Shown: positions 1-9,515, numbered from the stretch's first letter. The stretch: DNA of 35,296 nt from a virus (IMGVR_UViG_3300020045_018213:1-35296); one strand, 5' to 3'. Translations and numbers: made by a program. Notes: generated by a model not told the origin, from the letters alone.

Positions 1-791
1 GACACGGTCGCCCCGATGAAGCAAAGTGTTGTCGGACGAGTGGCAGGTCGTACTGGTTTTGACGCCGAACGCGAAGCAGTCACTTCTCGCGTCTTCGGTG
101 TCCTGGAGCGCGGGTATTTATGAACACGGACGACAGTCTCGTAATCGCGGGGAGAAGTGACTTCCAGGTCAATCAATCGACGACCGTTGTCCTTGACGTA
201 AGCAGTGCAGTCTGCACAATCAAGGCTGGAGGGGATGCCACGTTTGTAAGAATGCGGTAGCCGAGGACCAACATAGTCGAAGACTTGTTCATCAGACCAA
301 TCTTCCAGCGGGAACACATACTCCACACCGTCGATGACTTGCCCAGATTTCACAGGGGCTCGGTGGCAATCCTGCTGCTTTTGCCCGCGGATTACGCAGG
401 TATAATCCCCCTGGATTACGGCCAGCCGCATTGGTTCCCAAGCATTATGCCTACAACAGTCCGTGTAAGCTTGGAGCTTGATTGCAGGAAGTTCCCCTGC
501 AATGACAGCTCCAAGCTCAGTAGCCACCAACGGTACAACATCCACTGGATGACCTTGCAGGGCTACCCATGCTTGCTGCTGCCCACGCACGATCAAAAAC
601 CGGGGCACCAAGGATTCGATGTGCGCCATGTAGGCCAAGGTCTCGTCATAAGGATTCCCTTGACAACACCAAACCACATCCAGCTTATCCCACCAAGGCT
701 GCAGCATCCAGAGACAGGCGGCGGAGTCCTTGCCGGCAGAAAACTGCAGCATGACGCGACTGTGCCGTTGAAAAAGACTGGTGAAGTCCAT
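1..791 (-). CDS. PAPS/APS-reductase-family (PP-loop) protein, 3' end truncated by window edge
   Basis: Manual translation from ATG at 791, which overlaps the upstream stop as TGATG: MDFTSLFQRHSRVMLQFSAGKDSAACLW...YTDCCRHNAWEPM...IRGQKQQD...FPLEDWSDEQVFDY...SSLDCADCTAY. Has an S(A/G)GKDS PP-loop, a CC pair, the PLxDWS..V motif and CxxC. The frame is open to the edge. Not in the ORF track. Confidence 0.85.
   Translation of the reverse strand, partial: MDFTSLFQRHSRVMLQFSAGKDSAACLWMLQPWWDKLDVVWCCQGNPYDETLAYMAHIESLVPRFLIVRGQQQAWVALQGHPVDVVPLVATELGAVIAGELPAIKLQAYTDCCRHNAWEPMRLAVIQGDYTCVIRGQKQQDCHRAPVKSGQVIDGVEYVFPLEDWSDEQVFDYVGPRLPHSYKRGIPSSLDCADCTAYVKDNGRRLIDLEVTSPRDYETVVRVHKYPRSRTPKTREVTASRSASKPVRPATRPTTLCFIGATV
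384..414. repeat. Dispersed palindrome copy 1: CCCGCGGATTA-cgcaggta-TAATCCCCCTGG (inside PAPS-reductase-like gene)
   Basis: Read directly; same arm/8-nt spacer layout as 7 other copies. Confidence 0.75.
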
Positions 792-1486
792 CAGAAATAC
801 ATGGCGGCAGCCATGGCCAACGTACCAACTGTGCTACCTGTCTGCGCATTCTCAGCGTTGACCGCTCCCAGCTGATTTTGATACTGCGCGTTCGTAGCAC
901 CCAGCATATCGGGGCCGCTGGTACTGCCGTTGTTGCTCGTCGGAGACTGCCCGCGGGAAATCGCCATGATCTGGGCGAGTCGGTTAACGGCACTGTTCTG
1001 CGCCTGATCAGCACCAAGTACTGCGCGATCCGCCGCATCGGCATAAGCAGAATTCCGGGTCTGGTCAAAGCTGCCAATGGCCTTTTTATAGGCTTCCGAG
1101 CCTTCCGCCAGACCACTGTTCAGCAATTGCCCGCGGAGTGCCGAGTATTGATCCCCGAAGTTCTGGTCATAGTACTTCGTTGTTTTCCGGTACAAGGCAT
1201 CTTGGATACCTTCCGCACCTTGACCGAGTTCTGCCAGTTGGGTCTTGCCGACATTACCAGCCAGCAATTGGTTGCCTGTGGTTTGATCCAGCAACTGTTG
1301 CTGCGGGGCGCTCAGCGTTGTGCTACGAACATAGTCCCCTGGCTGCGGGTTAGCCGGGTCAGCTCCTGGTCGGATGGTCCAGCCAACAGTGCCAAAAGGC
1401 GACTTTTCATCGTACTTATCCGCGTTGGAGGTGGCAACCGCTTGCCCTACGTAGTCAGGCGCCGCTGGCGCATCGCTTTTGCCCAT
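791..1486 (-). CDS. Putative internal virion / DNA-ejection (pilot) protein
   Basis: 231 aa, G/A/Q/N-rich, MGK..P.APDY N-terminus and hydrophobic Ala-rich C-terminus; lies after the tail and GNAT genes; RBS GAGGAG. Confidence 0.6.
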   Translation of the reverse strand: MGKSDAPAAPDYVGQAVATSNADKYDEKSPFGTVGWTIRPGADPANPQPGDYVRSTTLSAPQQQLLDQTTGNQLLAGNVGKTQLAELGQGAEGIQDALYRKTTKYYDQNFGDQYSALRGQLLNSGLAEGSEAYKKAIGSFDQTRNSAYADAADRAVLGADQAQNSAVNRLAQIMAISRGQSPTSNNGSTSGPDMLGATNAQYQNQLGAVNAENAQTGSTVGTLAMAAAMYF

Positions 1487-1922
1487 GATGTGGACTCCTC
1501 TTAATGTTCAGCCAGCGGCAATCTTCTTTGCGCATACAATACACAAGCAGATCGCCGGTTGGATGGGCATCTTTGAGGGTCGCCTCAAGGGTATAGCCCA
1601 GGTGCTCGTTGAAACGGCGTGATTCCTGATTACTCGCCGCGACAACCCCTGTGATACGTTTGCAGCCAAGCTGCTCGAAGGCATAATGGAAACTGAACCA
1701 GAGAAATTCTCTGTTCAGCCAAGACTTCCCAGGAACAGCTGCTACATGCGCGAGGACATTTGCCCCGTTGAAGTCTTCAAAAAGAGCCCCAGCTAGCAGT
1801 AGCCCTGTGGCTGTGTCAAGCAGGCCGATAGAAGCCCCGCGCCCGGCAACCCAAGTCCCGCCTGTTTTGGCACAGACCCAAGGGCCAACATACGCGTCAT
1901 AACCGACAACTACCTGCCTCAC
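1455..1922 (-). CDS. GNAT-family acetyltransferase (RimJ/RimL-like)
   Basis: YAFEQLGCKRITGVVAASNQESRRFNEHLGYTLEATL fits the GNAT N..S.....LG(F/Y) motif; GTG start at 1922 overlaps the upstream TGA. Confidence 0.8.
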   Translation of the reverse strand: MRQVVVGYDAYVGPWVCAKTGGTWVAGRGASIGLLDTATGLLLAGALFEDFNGANVLAHVAAVPGKSWLNREFLWFSFHYAFEQLGCKRITGVVAASNQESRRFNEHLGYTLEATLKDAHPTGDLLVYCMRKEDCRWLNIKRSPHHGQKRCASGA

Positions 1923-3481
1923 AGCACCCCACCCCGTTCGTACACAAAGTCTGTCGCAGACCAACGAAGTGTAGCAGAGGTGACAGCGCACTGCAAGCGG
2001 AATGCTCCGGCGTAACATTCTTTTGCGAAGATTGTTGCCCAGTCCCGACGGGTTTCACTGTTCGCCGCCCAGGTAGCTGCATTCCATTCGGAGCTGTCCC
2101 ACACGTAATTTTCTACAGGACCTGTTGCAGTGAAAGAGGCGAATTTTCCTATTGTGTAATCAGCGTCCATCCCAAGCTGCAATGTGACCTTACCGCCCAA
2201 AGCTACTACGGGGCGTACAAGTTTGAAGTGCTTTTGCTGCGCGCGGTTGCCGAAGTAGCTGTAAGCTTGCTGCGCCTTGGCAAAAATAGCCGCCCCGAAA
2301 TCGCTGTTACCTACCCAGGCGCGTGCTACTTTGTCGGTACCTGCGAAGTACAAGTTCTCCCCAAACACCTCCCATGCACTGGCATTCCAGCCGGAAAATC
2401 GGCACCACGCACCAGTGATGGAGTTCATGACATACTGCTGTACGTAACTGGCAGTCACAGGAACGTTTACGAGAACAAAACTTCCTTGTGGGTAGGAAAT
2501 TGCTTGCCACCCTATGTTATGTCCATAAAGTGTCACCGCTTCCGTGAAGGCTGTGTCGATCTTAGAGGTCAAAGCTGCTGAGCGGTCGACAAGGGATGAT
2601 TGCACTGCGCGGGACAGTGGATAAAGACCATTCTGGCAGAGGATGAGCAGGTCGCCGCCGAACTTGCAAAAGCAGTTACGACCCACAGGTTCACCGATGT
2701 AGTAAGTACCGACATGCGCCCAGGTAGCAGCTGCTCCTGGATCAGTCCCTTTGTAGACAGCTACCTCACCCTCAGAAGTGATGAACACGGCATAGTCGTC
2801 GCTCCCAGCGCCACCATCGATCGTCCAGGTCCCTGCGGCTACAACATGCCCGCCGCGGGAGAAAAGCTGTCCGAGAGGGAATTCTGTCAGAGCCCCGCCT
2901 ACCTGCGCGACTGGAAGATACCAAACGGACATGGAGTTGCGCTCTACAAACCACAGGCGCTTTTTAATTACTGCAACAGAAACAAGGCTCGTGGTAGCAA
3001 GCCCCGTGATAGCGATGGGAGAAAGCCCATCTACGTCTGCCCAAGCGACCCCGTCGTAAAGCTTGAGCTTGTCGTCACCGTTAACTGCGACAAGAAACAT
3101 CCCAGCAACAGTAGAAAAGTTAACGTATTGAAGTGCACCGTTAGTAAGTGCGCTGACGGAAGCCCCTACAGCACCACTGACAGTGGCATCAAAAATACCT
3201 GTGTCTGTTGCAGCAAAAAGCTTTTGATTGGCGTAACCATTCCATGCCATGAGGGTGCGGACAGTCGACCCAAACCCTGTCTTGTGGGCGATGGCGCCGG
3301 GGCGCACTGCTACGTCAGCCGCCTTTGGAAACCAATTTTCCAGGACAATCGCATCTTTTTCCGGCATAGCTGCCAAGGGATCGCGAGCATTCCATCCTCC
3401 GACAGGGGCGGGAAGGGAGCGGGTAACAGCCTTCTGCAGCCCCTGTGCGGCAGATTTCCGGAGAAGAGCTGGTCGCAGCAT
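1919..3481 (-). CDS. Tail tube/nozzle (P22 gp10 'stabilization protein' / tubular protein B-like)
   Basis: About 520 aa, beta-rich, LPAPVGGWN N-terminal motif; follows the adaptor gene; ATG at 3481 preferred because it abuts the upstream stop. Confidence 0.7.
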   Translation of the reverse strand: MLRPALLRKSAAQGLQKAVTRSLPAPVGGWNARDPLAAMPEKDAIVLENWFPKAADVAVRPGAIAHKTGFGSTVRTLMAWNGYANQKLFAATDTGIFDATVSGAVGASVSALTNGALQYVNFSTVAGMFLVAVNGDDKLKLYDGVAWADVDGLSPIAITGLATTSLVSVAVIKKRLWFVERNSMSVWYLPVAQVGGALTEFPLGQLFSRGGHVVAAGTWTIDGGAGSDDYAVFITSEGEVAVYKGTDPGAAATWAHVGTYYIGEPVGRNCFCKFGGDLLILCQNGLYPLSRAVQSSLVDRSAALTSKIDTAFTEAVTLYGHNIGWQAISYPQGSFVLVNVPVTASYVQQYVMNSITGAWCRFSGWNASAWEVFGENLYFAGTDKVARAWVGNSDFGAAIFAKAQQAYSYFGNRAQQKHFKLVRPVVALGGKVTLQLGMDADYTIGKFASFTATGPVENYVWDSSEWNAATWAANSETRRDWATIFAKECYAGAFRLQCAVTSATLRWSATDFVYERGGVL

Positions 3482-3482
3482 G

Positions 3483-4190
3483 TTATAAAGCCCAGTTACC
3501 AGAAGATACCCAGATACCGGGCTGGAAGTTGTTACCGCTGTTGCCCATGTCCAGGACAGCTTTGGTGCCATCGCGGCCAGAGGCGTTGTTGGCCAGCTCT
3601 TCATAACGTCGAAGTTCCTCGGCGTAATCCAGCCCTTTTTCGGCCTTCCATTTCCAGCGCAGACCAGCCTGCAGAATCTTCTCGTCCAGCACGCAAATGT
3701 CGGTGTCAGCGGAGAAGGCAGCCTTTTGGACGAGTGTGTCGCTCAAGACGCAGAAGGTGCTGGCGTATTCAAACGCGCACTCGTGCCCGGCAACGCCGGC
3801 GGGCATGAAGAGCAGCCGACCACCGCGGATACGGTATTTGTAAAAGGGCCCGGTCGTAGGCAGGGCCTTCATAGCTTGCCAGTTTCGCGGGGCGAGTGGG
3901 CCAAAAAGCGGCAAGCGAAGCGTGCGGTTGAAGATGGTTTCTTGCAGGATACGAGAAAAACCCTGAGGGGCTAGGGAAGTGATGGCACCCTGATCCTCGC
4001 CGGCGACAGTGGTGAATAAGGCTTCTTTCGTCAAATCCTGCCAAGTCCACCGATCGCAGAGGTCTTCGCAGACCTCATTGAGCAGTGAGTGAATTTGCAG
4101 GACTTGCGTGTCGCGTGTCCCTACCACAAAGTCAGGGACAGGGAGTCCCGTGCGCTCAGCAAATGTGCGGACAATGGTAAGCAGGGACAT
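3483..4190 (-). CDS. Head-tail adaptor / tail tubular protein A-like
   Basis: 235 aa; position between capsid and nozzle genes; helical N-terminus and W.WK..KGLDY motif; RBS. Confidence 0.65.
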   Translation of the reverse strand: MSLLTIVRTFAERTGLPVPDFVVGTRDTQVLQIHSLLNEVCEDLCDRWTWQDLTKEALFTTVAGEDQGAITSLAPQGFSRILQETIFNRTLRLPLFGPLAPRNWQAMKALPTTGPFYKYRIRGGRLLFMPAGVAGHECAFEYASTFCVLSDTLVQKAAFSADTDICVLDEKILQAGLRWKWKAEKGLDYAEELRRYEELANNASGRDGTKAVLDMGNSGNNFQPGIWVSSGNWAL

Positions 4191-4199
4191 AGGAGATCC

Positions 4200-4796
4200 T
4201 TAGGAGGATTTGGTAGTAGTCATAGCGTCAACGCGTGCAGTGAGTTCGCGCAGTTGAAGCTCCAGTTGACCATTGCGCTCGAGCAGGCCAGCGTTGAGCG
4301 TCTTGAGACTGCTGATTTCTTCGGCGACCTTACCAACATCCTTGGAAGCCGCGAGCCATTCGATAGCGCGTTGCTTCAAAGCACGGCCGCCCATACCAAG
4401 GCGATTCATGGTTTCTTCATTGCAGCCCGCGAGATCTTCCACAGTTTTGATGTGGACAGTCTGGAGCTGCTTGACTTGCGCAGGGGAGGCGGCAGGCCAC
4501 TGCGTCACAGATGTGCAGGACAGCGGAATTTCGCGGCCTTCCTGCCAAGCCTTGTAGCTTTCTTTGAAGCGGCTGAGCCATTCGGCAGGAAAACGATCGT
4601 TCTGGACCTCGTGCTGGAGGTTCTCCAGCCACTCGGCGGCTACCCGCTCGATGCGGTCTTTGCTGCCCTGCGGCGTGATGATGGCGTAGGCAACGTCTTT
4701 GGCGACGAAATGCCCTTTTTCAATCGACGCTGCACGGTCTTCTTCACCGCGGACTTCGAAAGTTACATAGGGCGGGCGGGCGTCAGCTGCTTGCAT
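4200..4796 (-). CDS. Hypothetical protein with HhH-like segment and C-terminal coiled coil
   Basis: IKTVEDLAGCNEETMNRLGMG segment; heptad-like C-terminus; GGGGA RBS. Confidence 0.6.
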   Translation of the reverse strand: MQAADARPPYVTFEVRGEEDRAASIEKGHFVAKDVAYAIITPQGSKDRIERVAAEWLENLQHEVQNDRFPAEWLSRFKESYKAWQEGREIPLSCTSVTQWPAASPAQVKQLQTVHIKTVEDLAGCNEETMNRLGMGGRALKQRAIEWLAASKDVGKVAEEISSLKTLNAGLLERNGQLELQLRELTARVDAMTTTKSS

Positions 4797-4845
4797 GTGG
4801 ATTCCCCAGAAAAAAGTTGATGGGTTTTCTTATACTACCCTCCCC

Positions 4846-4879
4846 AAAAAACCCCCAAGCAGCTTGTGACTGCTTGGGG
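4846..4879 (-). terminator. Rho-independent terminator after capsid/decoration genes
   Basis: Stem CCCCAAGCAG/CTGCTTGGGG followed by a T6 run on the minus strand. Confidence 0.85.
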
Positions 4880-4904
4880 AAACGCCCTGGGGAGGCCAAG
4901 CGTT

Positions 4905-5162
4905 TTACAGCGGGCTGGCGGTCTTGCGAACCCAGCCGTACTCGTTGATGGCGAACGCGGCGTCAGCCGTGTAGTTGCCTGCAAGATCGGTCAGGACGAA
5001 AGTCGCGCTGACAGTGCAGGTGCCAATGGCAACGGCTTCGGAGGCCTGGACGTAGACCCAGTTGCGGTTCTGGTCGTCGAGCTGCGAAGTGCCCAGGACG
5101 AATTCCTTGTTGGAGGTGCGGCGGTTGGCTTGCGCGCCGACCATCGGGATGGTGAAAGGCAT
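4905..5162 (-). CDS. Putative capsid decoration/cement protein
   Basis: 85 aa, directly after MCP, similar codon bias, WVYVQA motif, AAGGAG RBS. Confidence 0.6.
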   Translation of the reverse strand: MPFTIPMVGAQANRRTSNKEFVLGTSQLDDQNRNWVYVQASEAVAIGTCTVSATFVLTDLAGNYTADAAFAINEYGWVRKTASPL

Positions 5163-5193
5163 GAGAGGCTCCTTGAAAGTTGGGGTGGAAAAT

Positions 5194-5223
5194 CCGGCGG
5201 GTTATTGCTACGTAACCCGCCGG
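5194..5223. repeat. Dispersed palindrome copy 2 (perfect): CCGGCGGGTTA-ttgctacg-TAACCCGCCGG
   Basis: Perfect 11-bp inverted repeat with 8-nt spacer between MCP and decoration gene; could also act as an RNA hairpin. Confidence 0.9.
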
Positions 5224-5230
5224 TGTTTCA

Positions 5231-6202
5231 TCAGGGCTTGATGACGCCTTGCAGGCTGCGGTTGCTGGTGACGAGGTTGCCCATCCAGAGAATCGGCACG
5301 ACAGCCGCGTCTTGGTTGTAGGGCTTCATCTCATCCATGACGGCCAGGTCGGCATCACGGTGCACCACCAGTTCCAGGTAGTCCGTGTTCAGGAAGTACA
5401 TCCGGTTCAGGGGGATGCCGCTGCCGCCGTCGAAGATCACATCGGCCGACTTGTAGCGCAGGGAGATGAAACCACCCTGGGCTTTGGTGTCGTCGGTGTA
5501 ACGCTTCATCGACACTTGCGACTGCTCGTAGAACGAGAAGTAGTTGTTGTCGGCCACGATCAGGTCGGGCTTGTCGTCACCGCGGACCTGGGCCAGCCAC
5601 AGAGGCAGCATCAGGGATTCCATGGTGGTGCCCGAGGGCACGATGGCACCGCCACCCTGCAAGGGAGCCGCTGCCGACTGCACCTGGTTCTTCCAGAACG
5701 CCCAGGCCGAGCTGTCGATGCCGCCAACGGTGCCAGTGCCGGTGTCGGCCACGATGGCCTGCACACCACCGATCTGGTTGGGCAGGGTGCCATCGGAGTA
5801 GAGGTCGGACGAGAAGTTGTTCTTGAACGTGCGGATCGCATTCTTCATCCGGGACTTGACCAGATTCAGGATACGGGCTTCGCCGCTGTTCGTGCGCAAC
5901 TCGAGGCCGCTGGCCACCACGTTGATCGCGATCTGCCGCCACTGGAATTCGGCGGCCGAGATCACATCGGAGGCACCGACGTTCAACACGTCGTAGCCAG
6001 AGTAGCGCTGGTACGTCGAGTTGTTCGCGTAGTCCAGCGGGGAGACGATGGTCAGGCCGCCATCTTCCTTGCGCGTGTTGCCTTTGGTCATGATCCGGTT
6101 CAGCAAGGCGTTGTTCTTGCTGACGTTATCCTTGATGCTCTTGGCATGCTTGCGAAAGGTCGTGGAAGCCAATTCGGTGAAAACTGCATTCGGGGACGGC
6201 AT
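5231..6202 (-). CDS. Major capsid protein
   Basis: 323 aa, directly after the scaffold, strong C/G3 codon bias, AAGGAG RBS, ends W.GNL..SNR..QG. Confidence 0.85.
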   Translation of the reverse strand: MPSPNAVFTELASTTFRKHAKSIKDNVSKNNALLNRIMTKGNTRKEDGGLTIVSPLDYANNSTYQRYSGYDVLNVGASDVISAAEFQWRQIAINVVASGLELRTNSGEARILNLVKSRMKNAIRTFKNNFSSDLYSDGTLPNQIGGVQAIVADTGTGTVGGIDSSAWAFWKNQVQSAAAPLQGGGAIVPSGTTMESLMLPLWLAQVRGDDKPDLIVADNNYFSFYEQSQVSMKRYTDDTKAQGGFISLRYKSADVIFDGGSGIPLNRMYFLNTDYLELVVHRDADLAVMDEMKPYNQDAAVVPILWMGNLVTSNRSLQGVIKP

Positions 6203-6241
6203 GGTAAGCTCCTTGCTTGTTGGGTTCCGTCAATTACACAC

Positions 6242-7258
6242 TTAACCTCGGGACTTGATTGCCGCCAAGGTCTCTGCCAGCGTGTCGTCGATGCTTCCCA
6301 GCGGGGCCGCTGCGCCACCACTCTTCGCACTCGTCCGCACATTTGCTGCCGTCGACTTCCGAGCCGCCGCTGCCTTATCCGCCGCTTCCTTTGCCGCCTT
6401 TTCCGAAGCTTCCGTTTGTTGACGTGTCACTTCGAGGGCGCGGGTCACAGGGTTCGTCCAGACAGCTTTATCGTAAGCCTCTGCCAGCGTCTTGCAAACA
6501 CCGCTTTGCAGCAGGGGTACCATGTCGTTGGCCACTGCTTCGAAGTGAATGTTCACCGGATTCGCTGCGAAAGCCTCAATTTCCCGGACCAAGGTTTGTT
6601 GAACCTCTGCCATGCGGGTCTGTTCGGCGTTCGTCAATTGCGACTTTACAGCATTGAGTTCAGCTTGCAAGCTCTTCACTGCTGGGTCGGTGTAAGGGGC
6701 TTCGCCGGGAGCTTGGAGCTGGGACAAGTCCACTTTGTAGTCTGCGGCAAGCTTTTGGAACAAAGCTGTTTTTTGCTCCGGGCTGCCGAGCGCAAGTGTG
6801 TGGTGTGCCTCCATCAGCCCACGTACTTGCGCAACGGGGTCGATGTTGTACTGCGTCAGTACAGGCATGTAGGGGTCCAGGACAGCTTTCATGGACTTGC
6901 CAAAGCCAGCATCGACCTTGTAGACCTCGATACCTTTGAAGATGTCCTCTTCGCGCTTGAGGACCTCAGCCTTGGCTTCTGGTGGCAGGGCTGCCCAGGT
7001 GGCAGCAGCTTCCTTACGCCAGGTCTTGGGGGGCTCGGCGGTCGGGTCAGGTGCAGCAGGGGCAGTCGCAGGATCAGCAGGAGGGGCTTCGCCGGCTGGG
7101 GGTGCCTCGTCAGCAGCCGGGATCTCCGGCATCACAACGTCCAGTTCCGGCAAGCCTTCATCATCAGTTCCGGTACCATCCCCTGGCAAGTCCAGGCCCA
7201 AGCCACCAGCGACTTCATCGACAGCAGCACCCATATCAAATTCAAATTCCCCAGGCAT
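6242..7258 (-). CDS. Capsid scaffolding protein
   Basis: Acidic Pro/Ala-rich N-terminus, PPKTW...W..LP motif, helical body, directly upstream of MCP. Confidence 0.75.
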   Translation of the reverse strand: MPGEFEFDMGAAVDEVAGGLGLDLPGDGTGTDDEGLPELDVVMPEIPAADEAPPAGEAPPADPATAPAAPDPTAEPPKTWRKEAAATWAALPPEAKAEVLKREEDIFKGIEVYKVDAGFGKSMKAVLDPYMPVLTQYNIDPVAQVRGLMEAHHTLALGSPEQKTALFQKLAADYKVDLSQLQAPGEAPYTDPAVKSLQAELNAVKSQLTNAEQTRMAEVQQTLVREIEAFAANPVNIHFEAVANDMVPLLQSGVCKTLAEAYDKAVWTNPVTRALEVTRQQTEASEKAAKEAADKAAAARKSTAANVRTSAKSGGAAAPLGSIDDTLAETLAAIKSRG

Positions 7259-7260
7259 TT

Positions 7261-7674
7261 TCAGTTCCTCACAAGTTCAACATCGAGACCGTTTTGGACT
7301 TCGGCAGCAAGCTGCTCCTTTTTCGCAGTAGGGAGGGTCTCAATAAACTCCTCTACCGTTGCATCAACCGCAGCGTCGAGCGCGGCCTCAGAAGCAGCAT
7401 GTTGGCGTTTGACGCCCTCAGCTTCCCCAGGCTCCAGTACCCGGCAACCGTGTTTTTTCAGATTTTCTTGGTGGGCCTTCCGCCCCTCTACCCAGGCACC
7501 GGTGATCGGGCAGTTGTAGCCTGGATAGTCCCCGATGACCATGGGGGCAGACAACTTTCGCTGCATCGTTTGGCGGCAGGTGGGGCAGGTTTCCTCACGA
7601 TCCAGTTCGACAATCTTTTTGAAGATGTCTTGGTTCCGTGAGCAGGCTGGGCAGTGGTAGGCGTAGAGTGGCAT
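7261..7674 (-). CDS. FmdB-family zinc-ribbon protein
   Basis: MPLYAYHCPAC...CPTC...M.RKLSAP matches the FmdB Zn-ribbon pattern. Confidence 0.8.
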   Translation of the reverse strand: MPLYAYHCPACSRNQDIFKKIVELDREETCPTCRQTMQRKLSAPMVIGDYPGYNCPITGAWVEGRKAHQENLKKHGCRVLEPGEAEGVKRQHAASEAALDAAVDATVEEFIETLPTAKKEQLAAEVQNGLDVELVRN

Positions 7675-7676
7675 GA

Positions 7677-8501
7677 TTAGTCCAGGAGGGCGAAAGCTAC
7701 GAGGGCTTCGAGTTCTTCGTCAGACTCTGAAGTGTCCTCGACGATTGTTGTTATGATACTGGCAGTGGGAAGTATGCTGGCAGCTTTTGGCGCCAACACC
7801 TTTTCCAAGAGCGCCCTCGCCGCGGCTGTGTCACGCAGCTTGACTGGCGCCTGTTTTGCTGGGGCGAGTGGGAGAGGCTTCGCAAGTTTCTTTTCCGAAG
7901 CATTCCACAGTTCTTTGTCAGCTTCCCACCGATGCTTCCGCACAGCGGAGCCGGTATGGCCGCCGCCACCACCACTCGCGCCACTGGTTGCTGGTGGTGA
8001 ATAAGGTGAGGTGAGCGCGAAGGCTGTGTCCGCCTCAGCAGCAAGCCCAACAGGAAGTGCGAGGGCCCCGCCTGTTGGCAGAGCTGATGCTGTATCCAGT
8101 TCCTCTGCGACCCCGGCACCTGTGGAGACTTTACCAACCAGCTGGCTAGCGGTCTCGAGGCTGCTGGTCGTTGTTATTTGAAGTGTCAGTTTTGCTGATA
8201 GCTGTCCAGCAACATCAACTTCGACGGCAGGGAGAGTAGGCAGTGTTATGGCGCCAGCCGCCGCTGCGAGAGCAAAAGCCGTGTCAACTTCAAAGGCGGC
8301 GCCGACCGCTGCCAGCAGTTTAGTAGTAACTGCTGAGGCACTATCAATCTCTACTGCCTCCCCTACAGGCGACGAGCCTCCGCCACCGGCAGCTTCAAAA
8401 TAATCAGCTGACAGCAGTTCGCCAGCTAGGCCAGCGTCCCAAACGTCAGCGCCGCCAGAAAGGCCGCGCCTTAGATCGAACTGAGGCTGTTTGACGGCCA
8501 T
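7677..8501 (-). CDS. Hypothetical Ala-rich repeat protein (possible virion fibre)
   Basis: 274 aa with about six degenerate VGxAxExDxAxxL repeats. Confidence 0.6.
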   Translation of the reverse strand: MAVKQPQFDLRRGLSGGADVWDAGLAGELLSADYFEAAGGGGSSPVGEAVEIDSASAVTTKLLAAVGAAFEVDTAFALAAAAGAITLPTLPAVEVDVAGQLSAKLTLQITTTSSLETASQLVGKVSTGAGVAEELDTASALPTGGALALPVGLAAEADTAFALTSPYSPPATSGASGGGGGHTGSAVRKHRWEADKELWNASEKKLAKPLPLAPAKQAPVKLRDTAAARALLEKVLAPKAASILPTASIITTIVEDTSESDEELEALVAFALLD

Positions 8502-8504
8502 GGG

Positions 8505-8678
8505 TTACTCGTAACGCTCAACACGTAATTCACCCTCTGTTTCCACAAAACCAAAAGGCTTTTTGTCTACGTCAATGCGAACCCCGGTGCGCTCCCCTTC
8601 ATAGGGCACAACGGTGGCGTCATCTGGAAATGTGGACAGCAGTTCGCGGAGCTGTTTGACCGTCATCAACTTGTTCAT
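8505..8678 (-). CDS. Small hypothetical protein (57 aa)
   Basis: MNKLMTVKQLRELLSTFPDDATVV...; TAAGGAG RBS; fills the gap exactly; below the ORF-track size cutoff. Confidence 0.7.
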   Translation of the reverse strand: MNKLMTVKQLRELLSTFPDDATVVPYEGERTGVRIDVDKKPFGFVETEGELRVERYE

Positions 8679-8687
8679 CACTTCTCC

Positions 8688-9515
8688 TTACCCGTGGGCA
8701 ATTTTGCCCTGCCCGCGGATGGCGGGCGTTGCAGTGGATGTGGCTTGTACGATCAAAGCTAGGCAACTGCCATTCGGAATCTGCGGCAACCCCAACTGAG
8801 CCCAGTCGGCAACGTTTGGGAAGTTTGCAACCGGCCCCATCACGGTTGTACGCTGGCGGGTCGCTGTGATGCCAAAGTTACCAGCCGTTCCTGTGGTCGC
8901 TGAGAGCGTAACGCTGTTCACACCTCGGATGTATTTCCCAGCCGATGCGCTCACCAGTGGGTAAAGCCTGCCGATTCGTGGTGTAGCTCCAAGAGCAATC
9001 GCAGCAAGGTTTCCGGTTGATGCGTCGTCGTATGTGACGTTTACAGTGGCGTTCACGCCGGTAGCACCAAGCTGTGTGTAAACCTCGATGAACCATGAAA
9101 CGTCTGAGTAATTCGATGCGCCAAGCCGATCCGCCCCGGGGTCGGTGGTTGTCAGGTCGATTGCGCAGCCCGTCGTCTGGGCCGTGGTGATGGTGCCACT
9201 TGCACCAGACACGCAGGCAATACGGTCATGAATCTCAAAACTCGAAGTCGCAAGACCGAACGATGCCCAAGCCCAAGCCAGATAGCTGGTCGCTGGTGAA
9301 GTTTGGTTAGAAAAGCCGATTGATCCGGCGGTGGCGCTTGTAGGAACAACTGGCGTCGTTCCGGGGGCCGAACCAGCAGAAGGAGTGCCAGCCGAAGTCC
9401 ACAGGCTAGCCAGTTGACCAACCGCAAAGTTGGCAAGACCGGCCTTGTCGATGATGAACCGGCTTGAGTTGTTCCCCAGCGCGTCAATGAGCTGGTCGCG
9501 TGTGGTGATAGTCAT
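8688..9515 (-). CDS. Hypothetical Thr/Gly/Ala-rich beta protein (probably virion-associated)
   Basis: 275 aa, AGGAG RBS, composition typical of structural beta-rich proteins. Confidence 0.6.
   Translation of the reverse strand: MTITTRDQLIDALGNNSSRFIIDKAGLANFAVGQLASLWTSAGTPSAGSAPGTTPVVPTSATAGSIGFSNQTSPATSYLAWAWASFGLATSSFEIHDRIACVSGASGTITTAQTTGCAIDLTTTDPGADRLGASNYSDVSWFIEVYTQLGATGVNATVNVTYDDASTGNLAAIALGATPRIGRLYPLVSASAGKYIRGVNSVTLSATTGTAGNFGITATRQRTTVMGPVANFPNVADWAQLGLPQIPNGSCLALIVQATSTATPAIRGQGKIAHG

Noticed and set aside
285-875. 196-aa plus-strand ORF
   Set aside because: Antisense to the motif-bearing PAPS-reductase-like gene
5249-7519. 756-aa plus-strand ORF and other long antisense ORFs (2600-3808, 10446-11480, 11574-12983, 13056-14252, 28309-29295)
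   Set aside because: Shadow frames of GC3-biased real genes on the opposite strand; no motifs
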